From Myxococcota bacterium (GTDB lineage Bacteria; Myxococcota_A; Polyangia; JAAYKL01): DNA of 64,000 nt. This document shows, piece after piece, positions 1-9,400 of the stretch. A model generated the notes under the pieces. It was not told where the DNA came from, ran no database searches, and worked only from the letters and a program-made list of their open reading frames with translations. How positions within the stretch are numbered: the stretch's first letter is position 1; each line of letters begins with the position of its first letter. The stretch is taken from NCBI GenBank assembly GCA_028278265.1, contig JANQET010000041.1, positions 18,702 through 82,701 of the forward strand, in the 5' to 3' direction. A program made the position numbers and the translations under genes.

Positions 1-148
1 AGACCCGGTTTTCGTAGCTGTTGAGGATGATGAAGCGTCCGGTGCATCGCCGGTCGTCGGTCTCTGCGGACGCGAGCACCTCTTCGGGGGTCAGCCGGTG
101 GAACCGCCGAACCAACGAGGGATCGGTTGTCGAGTTGGTGTCATTCAT
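1..148 (-). CDS. Partial CDS (N-terminal ~49 aa, continues beyond window start): stress-response Ser/Thr kinase SrkA/YihE-like
   Basis: Minus-strand translation from ATG at 146-148: MNDTNSTTDPSLVRRFHRLTPEEVLASAETDDRRCTGRFIILNSYENRV. The LNSYENRV motif and the preceding block resemble the E. coli SrkA N-terminus from memory. The gene is truncated by the window edge. Confidence 0.4.
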   Translation of the reverse strand, partial: MNDTNSTTDPSLVRRFHRLTPEEVLASAETDDRRCTGRFIILNSYENRV

Positions 149-242
149 ACCGCGACCTCTACGGCAAAAACGGCGCCGGTGCAAATCTCGGGGTGATTAT
201 TGTGCTATAAAGGGGCGTCCAATATAGAAACGGCCGAGCCCA

Positions 243-3017
243 GTGAACCAAACAGAGCAGACAACCCGGCGATCGAGCGTTCCCCCGGTCCGGGGCGGCA
301 CCGTGGGGCCGTTTCGCTCGCTGATGGGGCGCCTGCTGGTCGCCTTCTTGGTGCTGTGCGCCTTGCCCTTGGGGGCGGTGGGGTTCTACGTGAGCCACCG
401 CTTGAGCGATGTGCGCCGGGCGGCCCATCGGTCGGCGACCACCTATGAACGCCGGGCCCAGTCGATCGCCCGTCGGGTGGCCGAGTTTTTGGGGGAATGC
501 GAAAAAGACCTCGTCGAGTTGGCCGCCCTGCCCCGATCCGCTGAGGCGTACCTGACCTTTGCCGATCAACACCGGCGCGAGATCTGGATTCGCGGGGGCA
601 CCAACGATCAGATGGTAGAGATCCGCCGGTCAATCCCCCTCTATAAGGAGATCAGTTTCATCAATCCCTCCGGCTCGGAACAGATCCTGGTCAGAGGAGA
701 GAATTTGGTGCCGCGCTCCGAACTGCGCGATGTCAGTGATCCGGCGCGGACGACCTATCGGCGGGAGCGGTATTTCGAGCGCGCCATGGCCAACAAGCCG
801 CAACAGATTTACGTGTCCCATCTCCACGGCTTTCACCTGACCAAGTTCGAACAGCTCGGGGTGGATCGGCTGATCGAACGGCTGGTGGACACCGATGAGC
901 GAGCCAAGAAGATCTACCGTTTCATGCTCTATTCGTGGCTCCAACAGGTGAACGCCGTTGAAATCGTTAATCGATACCGGGAAGCGGACAACGGCTATAT
1001 CGTCTATCGGGTACCGGGCAAGGACAGGACGGTGACGATTGAGGATCCCGGTCCCCTTGGAGAGGCGGAGCGGCGGGCCCGGGAGATGGAGCTGCGCCAT
1101 CTGGTCGACGAGTTGGCGCCCGAAGACGTGGTCGAAGGGGAGCGGTTTGACGGGGTGATTCGCTTTGCCATGCCGGTCGTCGACGATCAGGGGAACAAGC
1201 TCGGCGTGGTGAGCCTGGCCCTGGATCACACCCACCTGCAGCAGTTCACCCAACACGTGCGGTCGATGGAGGAGAACGCCGTGGTCTTTGCCGGCTACCG
1301 GGGGGCGAACTACACCTATCTGTTCGATGATGAGGGGTGGATCATCACCCATCCCAAGATGTGGAACATCCGGGGGGTGGATCGGCGGGGCAAACCGGTG
1401 GCCCCTTACACCGCGAAGAGCGATTCGATCGAGCGGCTCACCGGCCGCATCCCGGTCAACCTGATGAAGTTGGACTGGAAGTTGGGCCGCGGATATCACC
1501 GGCTCGTCTACAAGCTCCAACAGGGCCGAACCGATATCGCCTCGGCCTTCAACCTGGGCGGGGTTCCCCGCACCCGCGTGTACAGCCCCATTTTCTATTC
1601 CACCGGCGAGTATGCCAAACACGGGATCTTCGGCGGGGTGATGCTGGGCACCGACTCCCAGTCGTTCATCCAGTTGATGCGTCAGATGAACGTGGATATC
1701 TCGAACCAGATATCCGCGTTGCGCCGGTCCATTTTCTGGCCGCTGCTGGTGGTTTTCTTGTGTGTCGCCGTGTTGTCGATCGTGGTCGCCCGCAATTTGG
1801 TTCGGCCGGTGCGGTTGCTCAGTCAAGCCGCCCGGCGCATCGGTGAGGGGGATTTGGACTCCCCGGTGCCCCCCCATCGGGGGGATGAGATCGGCGTGCT
1901 GGCCGATGCCTTCGGCGAAATGGTGCGAAGCCTCAAGCAGAGCTTCGCCAAGCTCAACCGGCGCAACCAGGAGCTCAAGGAGACCCAGCAAAAGCTGCTG
2001 CGCGCGGAAAAAGAAAAACAGCGCAAGCTCGAGCAGGAGGTGGCCCAGCTGCAACAGGAAATCGCCCGCTCCTCCTTTGCCTCGATGATCGCCCGCAGCC
2101 CGCAGATGAAGCGCATTCAAGAAGAGATCGTACGGGTGGCCTCCTCTTCGGCGACAGTGCTCATTCGCGGGGACAACGGCACCGGCAAGGAGCTGATCGC
2201 CGAATCAATCCATCTCAACAGCGGCCGCCGGGAGCAGAAGTTCGTCCGGGTCAACTGCGCGTCGTTCAACGAGAACCTGTTGGAGAGCGAGCTGTTCGGT
2301 CACGTCAAGGGGGCCTACACCGGCGCCGCGGCAGACCGCAAGGGGTTGTTCGTGCTGGCGGACGGGGGAACCCTGTTGCTGGACGAGATCGGCGATATGA
2401 GCCTCAACATGCAAAAGAAGTTGCTGCGCACCCTGGAGCAGGGGGAAATCACCCCTCTGGGCTCCCACCGGGTCATCAGGGTCGATGTCCGCATCCTGGC
2501 GGCGACCAATCGGGATTTCGAGCAGTTGATGGGCGCCGGGCAGTTCAGGGAGGATCTCTACCACCGATTGAACGTGATCAACATCTACGTCCCACCGTTG
2601 CGGGAGCGCAAAGCCGATATTCTGCCGTTGGCCAAGCGGTTCGTCCGGCAATTCGCCGAAGCCGAGGACCGCCCGGTGATCGGGCTCTCCGCCGAAGCAG
2701 AGCAGTTCCTGCAGAACTACCCCTGGCCGGGAAATGTGCGGGAGCTCAAAAACGCGACCGAACGGGCAGTGGTGCGTACGAGAAACAATATCCTCGAGGT
2801 GGATGATTTTCAGTTGGCCATCGAGCAGCGCAATGCCTCAACGCCGGCCCCGGTCGGCGACCCCTCCTCGGAGATAACCCTCGCCGAAGCGGAAAAAGAG
2901 CACATCCTGCGCGTGCTGGCCCGGTGCGACGGCAACAAAAAATCCGCCGCCCGAATTCTCGACATCGGGTACAACACCCTCTGGCGCAAGCTCAAGAAGT
3001 ACGAAGAATCCAACTGA
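243..3017 (+). CDS. Sigma-54-dependent transcriptional activator (enhancer-binding protein) with N-terminal extracytoplasmic sensor, TM helix, HAMP and coiled coil
   Basis: 924-aa ORF. AAA+ sigma-54 interaction motifs GDNGTGKELIAESIH, GAYTGA, GTLLLDEIGDM and RVIRVDVRILAATNRD, plus a C-terminal Fis-type HTH (NKKSAARILDIGYNTLWRKLKKY). One TM segment (IFWPLLVVFLCVAVLSIVVA) is followed by a HAMP-like region and an EKEKQRKLEQE coiled coil. TGA stop at 3015-3017. The true start may be a downstream Met. Confidence 0.85.
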   Translation: MNQTEQTTRRSSVPPVRGGTVGPFRSLMGRLLVAFLVLCALPLGAVGFYVSHRLSDVRRAAHRSATTYERRAQSIARRVAEFLGECEKDLVELAALPRSAEAYLTFADQHRREIWIRGGTNDQMVEIRRSIPLYKEISFINPSGSEQILVRGENLVPRSELRDVSDPARTTYRRERYFERAMANKPQQIYVSHLHGFHLTKFEQLGVDRLIERLVDTDERAKKIYRFMLYSWLQQVNAVEIVNRYREADNGYIVYRVPGKDRTVTIEDPGPLGEAERRAREMELRHLVDELAPEDVVEGERFDGVIRFAMPVVDDQGNKLGVVSLALDHTHLQQFTQHVRSMEENAVVFAGYRGANYTYLFDDEGWIITHPKMWNIRGVDRRGKPVAPYTAKSDSIERLTGRIPVNLMKLDWKLGRGYHRLVYKLQQGRTDIASAFNLGGVPRTRVYSPIFYSTGEYAKHGIFGGVMLGTDSQSFIQLMRQMNVDISNQISALRRSIFWPLLVVFLCVAVLSIVVARNLVRPVRLLSQAARRIGEGDLDSPVPPHRGDEIGVLADAFGEMVRSLKQSFAKLNRRNQELKETQQKLLRAEKEKQRKLEQEVAQLQQEIARSSFASMIARSPQMKRIQEEIVRVASSSATVLIRGDNGTGKELIAESIHLNSGRREQKFVRVNCASFNENLLESELFGHVKGAYTGAAADRKGLFVLADGGTLLLDEIGDMSLNMQKKLLRTLEQGEITPLGSHRVIRVDVRILAATNRDFEQLMGAGQFREDLYHRLNVINIYVPPLRERKADILPLAKRFVRQFAEAEDRPVIGLSAEAEQFLQNYPWPGNVRELKNATERAVVRTRNNILEVDDFQLAIEQRNASTPAPVGDPSSEITLAEAEKEHILRVLARCDGNKKSAARILDIGYNTLWRKLKKYEESN

Positions 3018-3128
3018 ATTCCCCCCGACAGTCTGACCTTTAAACCCAATTGTGATGCGAAATTGGAACATCTCCTCTATTCCATTTTGGAATCACAACC
3101 TCAACTGTAGTTTTGGTGAGACAGTTCC

Positions 3129-4610
3129 GTGACGACCAATGGGGCTGAATCATACGGTTTTGTCGAATTAACGGACCATGGCCCGCCTCTTGCTTACCTT
3201 CAGGGGGACAGATTGGAGGCAGCGATGGTCCGCATACAATGGAAAACGGGTTTGTTGGGGGTGGCGATCGGGTTGTTGTGCCCCCTCTTCGGCTGGGCCG
3301 AACAGGTGGATGCTCCGTCGGGGAACCGGCGTATCGAGATAATTGAGCAGGGGGATGAGTGGGTTGAAGAGCAACCGACCGAGAGCGCAGCGATGCCTCG
3401 CCCGGAAGGTGTCAAAGAGGTCGATGTGGACTATTTTCACGATCGACTCGCTCCGTACGGTGAATGGATCTGGACCCACAAGTATGGTTGGGTCTGGCAA
3501 CCCCATCAACTGCCGGTGAACTGGCGGCCCTACAGCCGGGGACATTGGGTGCACAGCGATCACGGTTGGATGTGGGTTTCCTCGTTTCCCTGGGGCTGGG
3601 CGGCGTTTCACTACGGCAGTTGGGCCCACATGGGGAATATCGGTTGGATCTGGGTGCCCGGCAGCGTCTGGTCGCCGGCGCGGGTGGTGTGGCGCTATTC
3701 CGACACCTACGTCGGCTGGACCGCGATCATGGCCGGCTATGATCACTGGTTCGGCTGGGACTACTATCCGGTTCATTACCATCACTGGTCCTTTGTCAGG
3801 TGGCACTATTTCTGTCACGCCCACCTGCACCACCACTTCATCCCGTTCGGCCGGATACACCTGGCCTACCACCACACCCACTATCCCCATCGGTGTCGCC
3901 GCCTGGCCGGAGCGGCTTGTCACCGGGGGCCGGCTCACCACCGGGTGTCCAAAATTATCGGTAAGCCGGTGCCCCGGGTGAAGAAGATCATCGCCCGGCC
4001 CCCCAACGCCGAGCCGCAAACCATCAGCCGCGCCAAGAAATGGGGCTACACCAGTGAGGCCAGAGCTAAATTGGGGCGGGCCCGTCCGGCCGCCAGCATT
4101 GGTTCGAAACGCGCGGCCAGCCTGGGTCGACCCAAGTCAGTGGGCTTGAAACCCGCATCATCGAGCACCACCAGGCCCGCCGGTGTGAGACGCGCCACCT
4201 CGAGCACGACGAGGCCTGTTGGTTTAAGACCGGCGGCGTCGACGGGGAGGGCTCGACCTGTGGGCGTGCGGCGGGCCAGAACTATCGCGCCCAGCCGCCG
4301 GGCCCGGCCGTTCGGCACGGTCAAACAGCGAGCGGTGGAGCTGCGGCGTGCCAAACCGGCGTCCACTGTGCGGCGATCCTCCCATCGGGCCAGGCCATCC
4401 GTTTCCAGACCGGCAACCAAGGTGCGACGCGCCCGCCCCTCCTCCAGACCGCGAGCCGTCATCCGGTCCTCGCCGAGCCGATCGAGGCCTCGAGCGATCA
4501 AGCCGGCCCGCAGCGCCCCGAGGTCCAGACCGGCCTACAAGAGCAGCTCGCGAAAAGTAAAGTCCGCCAGCTCATCGACCAAGCGGTCAAAGTCCAAACG
4601 CAGGCGGTAG
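3129..4610 (+). CDS. Secreted Trp/His-rich repeat protein with long Arg/Ser/Pro-rich basic C-terminal tail (function unknown)
   Basis: 493-aa ORF; likely start near 3225 (MVRIQWKTGLLGVAIGLLCPLFGWAEQ, signal peptide). Repeated W-x-W motifs (GEWIWTHKYGWVWQP, GHWVHSDHGWMWVSSFPWGW, IGWIWVPGSVWSP). His-rich block HYHHWSFVRWHYFCHAHLHHHF. About 190 aa of low-complexity R/S/P/K tail (RARPSVSRPATKVRRARPSSRPRAV...KRSKSKRRR). Confidence 0.6.
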   Translation: MTTNGAESYGFVELTDHGPPLAYLQGDRLEAAMVRIQWKTGLLGVAIGLLCPLFGWAEQVDAPSGNRRIEIIEQGDEWVEEQPTESAAMPRPEGVKEVDVDYFHDRLAPYGEWIWTHKYGWVWQPHQLPVNWRPYSRGHWVHSDHGWMWVSSFPWGWAAFHYGSWAHMGNIGWIWVPGSVWSPARVVWRYSDTYVGWTAIMAGYDHWFGWDYYPVHYHHWSFVRWHYFCHAHLHHHFIPFGRIHLAYHHTHYPHRCRRLAGAACHRGPAHHRVSKIIGKPVPRVKKIIARPPNAEPQTISRAKKWGYTSEARAKLGRARPAASIGSKRAASLGRPKSVGLKPASSSTTRPAGVRRATSSTTRPVGLRPAASTGRARPVGVRRARTIAPSRRARPFGTVKQRAVELRRAKPASTVRRSSHRARPSVSRPATKVRRARPSSRPRAVIRSSPSRSRPRAIKPARSAPRSRPAYKSSSRKVKSASSSTKRSKSKRRR

Positions 4611-4615
4611 GCCCC

Positions 4616-5221
4616 TCAATCCGCGTCGACCTGTTTTATCAGGGTCAGGATCTCGTCGATCATCACGTAATCCGATGAAGTGTCCCTGGCGATGACCAGG
4701 CCGTTTTCCATATCAATTACCGCGCTGAAGGGTAGGGCACCGATCGTCCCCGGAGGTTCTTTGCCGGTCCAAAAGCCCCCCTTAAAATGAGGGCTTAAAT
4801 AACCGGCGATCTGGGCCACCGGCGCCGGTAAGTGGTTTTTAGTGTAGACCGCAAAGACAGCGCTGTTGTGTTGGTAGAGCTGGGGCTCGATGGCACCGAC
4901 CTGACTGAACCAGTCGGGACAGGTGCTTCATGTGGAGTCCCCGACGGTCAAAACGATCGATTGCAGGCCCAGACAGTGGATGTCGTCAAGAGTGAACTCG
5001 ACCTCTTCCTGTTCGATTGTGCCGTCCAGGTCGGCGTCCATGAACCCCGACTGATGCCAGTTGGCCACGGGTTTGCCCAAGCCGAGGCCCGTTCCCCAAC
5101 TGAAAGGAGCACAGTTGTCACTATCCGGCTCAGGGATCGATCCGCTATCGGGGGTCTCGGGATGTGATGAATCGCTGTCACATGCGAGGGGCATCGCTGC
5201 CCAACTCGCGATGACGCCCAT
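4616..5221 (-). CDS. Candidate selenoprotein A: secreted EF-hand + thioredoxin-fold (TlpA/Prx-like) protein with in-frame TGA (Sec) in a U-x-x-C motif
   Basis: Two same-frame minus-strand ORFs (4928..5272 and 4616..4819) separated only by TGA at 4928-4930. Read-through translation gives ...IVLTVGDST-U-STCPDWFSQVGAIEPQLYQHNSAVFAVYTKNHLPAPVAQIAGYLSPHFKGGFWTGKEPPGTIGALPFSAVIDMENG... N-terminal signal/lipoprotein-like MGVIASWAAMPLAC. Canonical EF-hand loop DADLDGTIEQEE. Hairpin CCGACUG-GUU-CAGUC(A)GG at 4896-4917 starts 11 nt after the UGA and resembles a bacterial SECIS. Confidence 0.6.
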
Positions 5222-5429
5222 GTAGACTACTGTTGTTGAAAAGCGCACGGTGTACCTCTCTCTTGTCTCCACTACAATAATATCCCAAGACGCATGAATG
5301 CTTCCCCAAAAAGGGGAACCGAGGAGCTGAAATCCTCAAGCGGCTAGCTTCAACAAAAATGGAATTTTGATAAATTAGTTCGCAAACAAAACTTGGCGGG
5401 ATCACTGGAAGAGTTGTGTTTCGGATCAT

Positions 5430-6335
5430 ATGGGTAAGGGGGAGCTGTGGGAAATGAATGTACCTGATCACATTGCGGTCACTGGAGCCTCGAGCGGCGT
5501 GGGACGGGCGTGCTGCCGGATGCTCGCCCAAGAAGGATTTCATGTGCTGGCTTGTGTCCGCAGCGAAACAGATGCGCAGGACGTTAGATCCCTCGATCCC
5601 GATCGAATATCTCCTGTCATGCTGGAGCTGCAGGACCAGGAGACCGTCGAGCGCACTGCACACCTCGCCTCGGAGATCACCGGCGAGGGGGGGCTGACCG
5701 GGTTGGTGAATTGTGCGGGGGTTCTTTTTTGCGGTCCGTTGGAGTACTTCCCACGGGATCAGTGGTTCGCTCAATACGACGTGAACGTGTTCGGGACGTT
5801 GGCGGTGACCCGCGCCCTGTTGCCGCTCATTCGCAAGGCGCACGGGAGGATAGTCAATATCGGCGCGGTGGGCGGAGGCGTGGCATTGCCCTTTTACGGT
5901 GCCATCGCCTCGTCGAAGATGGCGCTCGAGGCCCTGAACGATTGCCTGCGCCGGGAGCTGCACCCCTTTGGGATTCACGTGGCGATCATCGAGCCCGGGG
6001 GTATTGACACCCCGGCCAACGACAAGATGCGCAGCAGCGTCCGAGCGTACCTCGACTCTCTCGATCCGGTGGGAAAAGAGCGCTACGGCCAAGCCATGGA
6101 GGCTTTTTCCAGGTGGGCCGATGAGATGCACAAGCGAAACTTAAAGCCCGAGCAGGTGGCCCGGGCTGTGCTCAAGGCGTTGCGGGCCAGGCGTCCCAAG
6201 ACCCGGTACCGAGTGGGCCTGGATTCCCGCGCGGCCGCGCTCGCCAACCGGCTCCTGCCCGACCGGCTGTTCGACTGGATTGTCCTTCGGGTATCGAGGC
6301 TGCCGGTGCGGTTCGGCGCGTGGAAAGACGGTTAG
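5430..6335 (+). CDS. Short-chain dehydrogenase/reductase (SDR family oxidoreductase)
   Basis: TGASSGVGR Rossmann motif near the N-terminus. Catalytic-region motifs GAIASSKMALEAL (YxxxK-like) and NCAGV are consistent with the classical SDR family. The minus-strand 317-aa ORF 5178..6131 is its shadow. Confidence 0.8.
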   Translation: MGKGELWEMNVPDHIAVTGASSGVGRACCRMLAQEGFHVLACVRSETDAQDVRSLDPDRISPVMLELQDQETVERTAHLASEITGEGGLTGLVNCAGVLFCGPLEYFPRDQWFAQYDVNVFGTLAVTRALLPLIRKAHGRIVNIGAVGGGVALPFYGAIASSKMALEALNDCLRRELHPFGIHVAIIEPGGIDTPANDKMRSSVRAYLDSLDPVGKERYGQAMEAFSRWADEMHKRNLKPEQVARAVLKALRARRPKTRYRVGLDSRAAALANRLLPDRLFDWIVLRVSRLPVRFGAWKDG

Positions 6336-6408
6336 GCCGGGCAGTCGATATCCCGCCAGCCCGGGTGGTATCGACGGCGCCGCCGGGGGTGGCGCTTAAG
6401 CCGGACTT

Positions 6409-9400
6409 TTGCGCCTTCCATTTGAGCTCTGTTCAAGAGCATTCATACTTATGGGGATGTTCCCCCACAGAAAAAAGGGTTCAAAAATTTGCGTCGCGCT
6501 GGCGATGGTGATCGCATTTTGCGGGTCTCAGGCCGGCGCCCAGTCTACAAATGACCTGCGCTTCGAACACATATCGACCAATAAGGGTCTCTCTCAGGTC
6601 TCTGTACTGTCCATGTTGCAGGACCGGTTGGGGTTCATCTGGTTCGCCACCCAGGACGGTCTGAATAAGTACGACGGCTACAATTTCACGACCTTTCGCA
6701 ACGATGAGAACGACGAAAGCAGCATCGGAGACAATGACGTATGGACGCTGGTTCAAGGTGAAAATGACGAAATCTGGATCGGCTTACACTATGCCGGGCT
6801 CAACCGGTATGACCCGCGCACCGGGACGTTCGAGCGGTTTCGACACCATCCGGACGATCCCAACAGTCTGAGCAGCGATAATATTCGATTTCTCTGGTAT
6901 GACACGGACGGCACCCTCTGGATCGGCACGAACGACGCCGGTCTCAATCACTTCAATCCCAAAACCAAAGTGGTCACCCGAGTTGGATTTCATGCCTCAC
7001 AAGAGGATGGTCTCGATCGCAAGCGGGTGCTCGCCATTTTGAGGGATTCTCGCCAAAATCTTTGGATCGGCACCTGTGGGGGTGGCCTCAGTCGCTACGT
7101 TCCCGACTCCCGAACCTTTGTTCATTCGGTGCATCGCGAAGACGATGAAAACAGCCTAAGTGGGAACTGTGTCAGCGCGTTGCTCGAGGACTCAAGGGGT
7201 AATTTGTGGGTCGGCACCAGCGGAAGCGGTCTGAATTTATTTAATCCCAAAACGGGTAAATTCAAGCGCTTTCGCCACCGGCCCAATCAGCCCCACAGCC
7301 TGGGCCACGACTATATCACGATCATGTTGCGGGATAGAGAGGATAACCTGTGGATCGGTACCCGCGGCGGAATCAGCAAGCACAACCCGGCGACGCAAAC
7401 CTTTGTTAACTACGAGCACCAAACCTCAAACCCCACAAGTCTGAGTCACAACGCGGTCTACTCCATCCTCGAAGACAACACCGGCACCCTCTGGTTCGGC
7501 ACACTAGGGGGCGGCGCGAACAAATTTGATGTGTTTACAAAGGGGATCAAAACCTATCGCCACCAAGCGGACAATCCCAACTCGCCGAGCCACAATGTCG
7601 TCCGATCGCTCCTAGTGGATGCCGATGATCATGTGTGGATCAGCACTTATAAAGGGGTAGACAAATACGATCCCCAAAATGGTGCGTTTGCGCACGTTGA
7701 TCTAAAACCCGATGCCAAAGAAAAAGGAAAAAGGGAATATATCTTCTCGATGTCCCAAAAACCACCGTCCAAGAAGGCGTCAATCGAAGGGCCAGCCGAC
7801 GATCTGTGGTTGGGCGTCTTCAAAGGGGGGATCAGGCGATACAACCCGGCTTCGGGAACAATCGCCTCTTTCAAGGCCGAGCCCGGCAACAGCCAGAGCC
7901 TCATCAGCAACGACATCGAAACCATTCTGACGGACAGTAAGGGCAACGTCTGGATCGGAACCTTGGCCTCCGGGTTGAGCAAGCTCGATCCCCAAACGGG
8001 TGCCTATCATCACTTTCGGCACAATCCCGACGATCCGAGCAGCATTAGCAGCGATGCGATAAAGGCGATACTCGAAGATCATCAGGGTGAGATATGGATT
8101 GGCACCAAATTCGGGTTGAACAAATTGGTAGCGGATTCTGGGATTTTTGAAAGATACCGCTATAACCCGTCGAGCCCCGTCCGGCTCAGTCACGATTCCA
8201 TCAACACGATATACCAAGACAGTCGCGAAAACTTGTGGATGGGAACAGATGGTGGACTGGCAAAGATTGATTCGCGCACCGGAAAACAATCGATTTACGC
8301 CAAAAAACACGGGTTTCCAAATTTGCTCACCACGTGCATTGTGGAAGACGATTTGCGAAATCTGTGGGTCGGAACCAACGACGGCTTGGTGCGATTCGAC
8401 CCGGAATCTGAGAAAACCACCGTTTTTGACTCACGTGACGGACTTCAAGGGAACTCGTTCATGAGCCATTCCTGCGGTCGAACCGGGGACGGCATGCTCT
8501 ACTTCGGGGGTGAAAACGGTCTAAGCGTCATTGACCCCAAGATGATCAGAAAAAATGAATACCCACCGCCGATTGTGTTTACCGATTTCAGACTCTTCAA
8601 TAAATCCGTGGCTGTTGCAAAACCGGGTGAGTCTTCAGCGGATTTTCGATTGGCGCGACATATCAGCTATGCCAAAGCGCTCACGCTCGACTACACGGAT
8701 TATATATTCTCGATAGAGTTCTCAGCACTCAACTACCGGCAGCCTGAAAAAAACAGGTACATGTACCAGTTGGAGGGATTGGACAAACAGTGGATCGAAA
8801 CGACCGCCGCGAACCGCAGAGCAACCTACACGGACTTGCCGCACGGCAGCTACTTGCTGCGGGTTAGGGCCTCGAATGACGACGGTGTTTGGAATGAACG
8901 GGCCAGCACGCTAAAACTGACCATCTTGCCGCCACCGTGGCGATCCTGGTGGGCTTATGCGCTCTATCTCGTTTCAGCGATAGCGCTTATTTTTTGGTTT
9001 ATTCAATACCAGCGCAACAAGGTCAGACAAAAGCAGCGAGAATTGGACAAGGAGATCCAGATCTCGCAGCGCCTGCGCCAGGTAGACAAGCTCAAAGACG
9101 AGTTTCTGGCCAATACCTCCCACGAACTCCGCACTCCCTTAAACGGTATAATTGGCATCGTAGAGTCGCTCATCGACCGCCACAAACAGCAATCGGCCGA
9201 TGCGACCGAGTCCAATTTAAAGCTCATCTTCTCCAGCGGCAAACGGTTGGCCAGCCTGGTAGATGACATTTTGGATTTCTCCAAAATGAAGAATCAATCG
9301 CTGGCGCTGGATCTCGCCGCAGTTGAGCTCCGCCCTCTGGTAGACGTCGTCTTGGCCACCTCCCGTACGCTCATCGGAAACAAACCGTTGGAACTGGTAA

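Noticed and set aside
630-2120. 496-aa minus-strand ORF antisense to the sigma-54 activator gene (similar long antisense ORFs at 5178..6131, 22032..22814, 27912..29639, 37996..39024, 45531..47255, 59584..60687, 62107..63153)
   Set aside because: These are high-GC shadow ORFs. Their translations are Arg/Gly/Pro-rich low-complexity with no motifs, while the opposite strand carries clear family signatures. Reading-frame openness is expected at about 65% GC.
4928-4930. Possibility that TGA is a sense codon genome-wide (for example code 25 TGA=Gly or code 4 TGA=Trp), which would explain all the in-frame TGAs
   Set aside because: Many well-supported genes in the window terminate with TGA exactly where homologs end (3015-3017, 12086-12088, 18870-18872). 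Base composition is high-GC, unlike known TGA-recoding lineages. Site-specific Sec recoding fits better.
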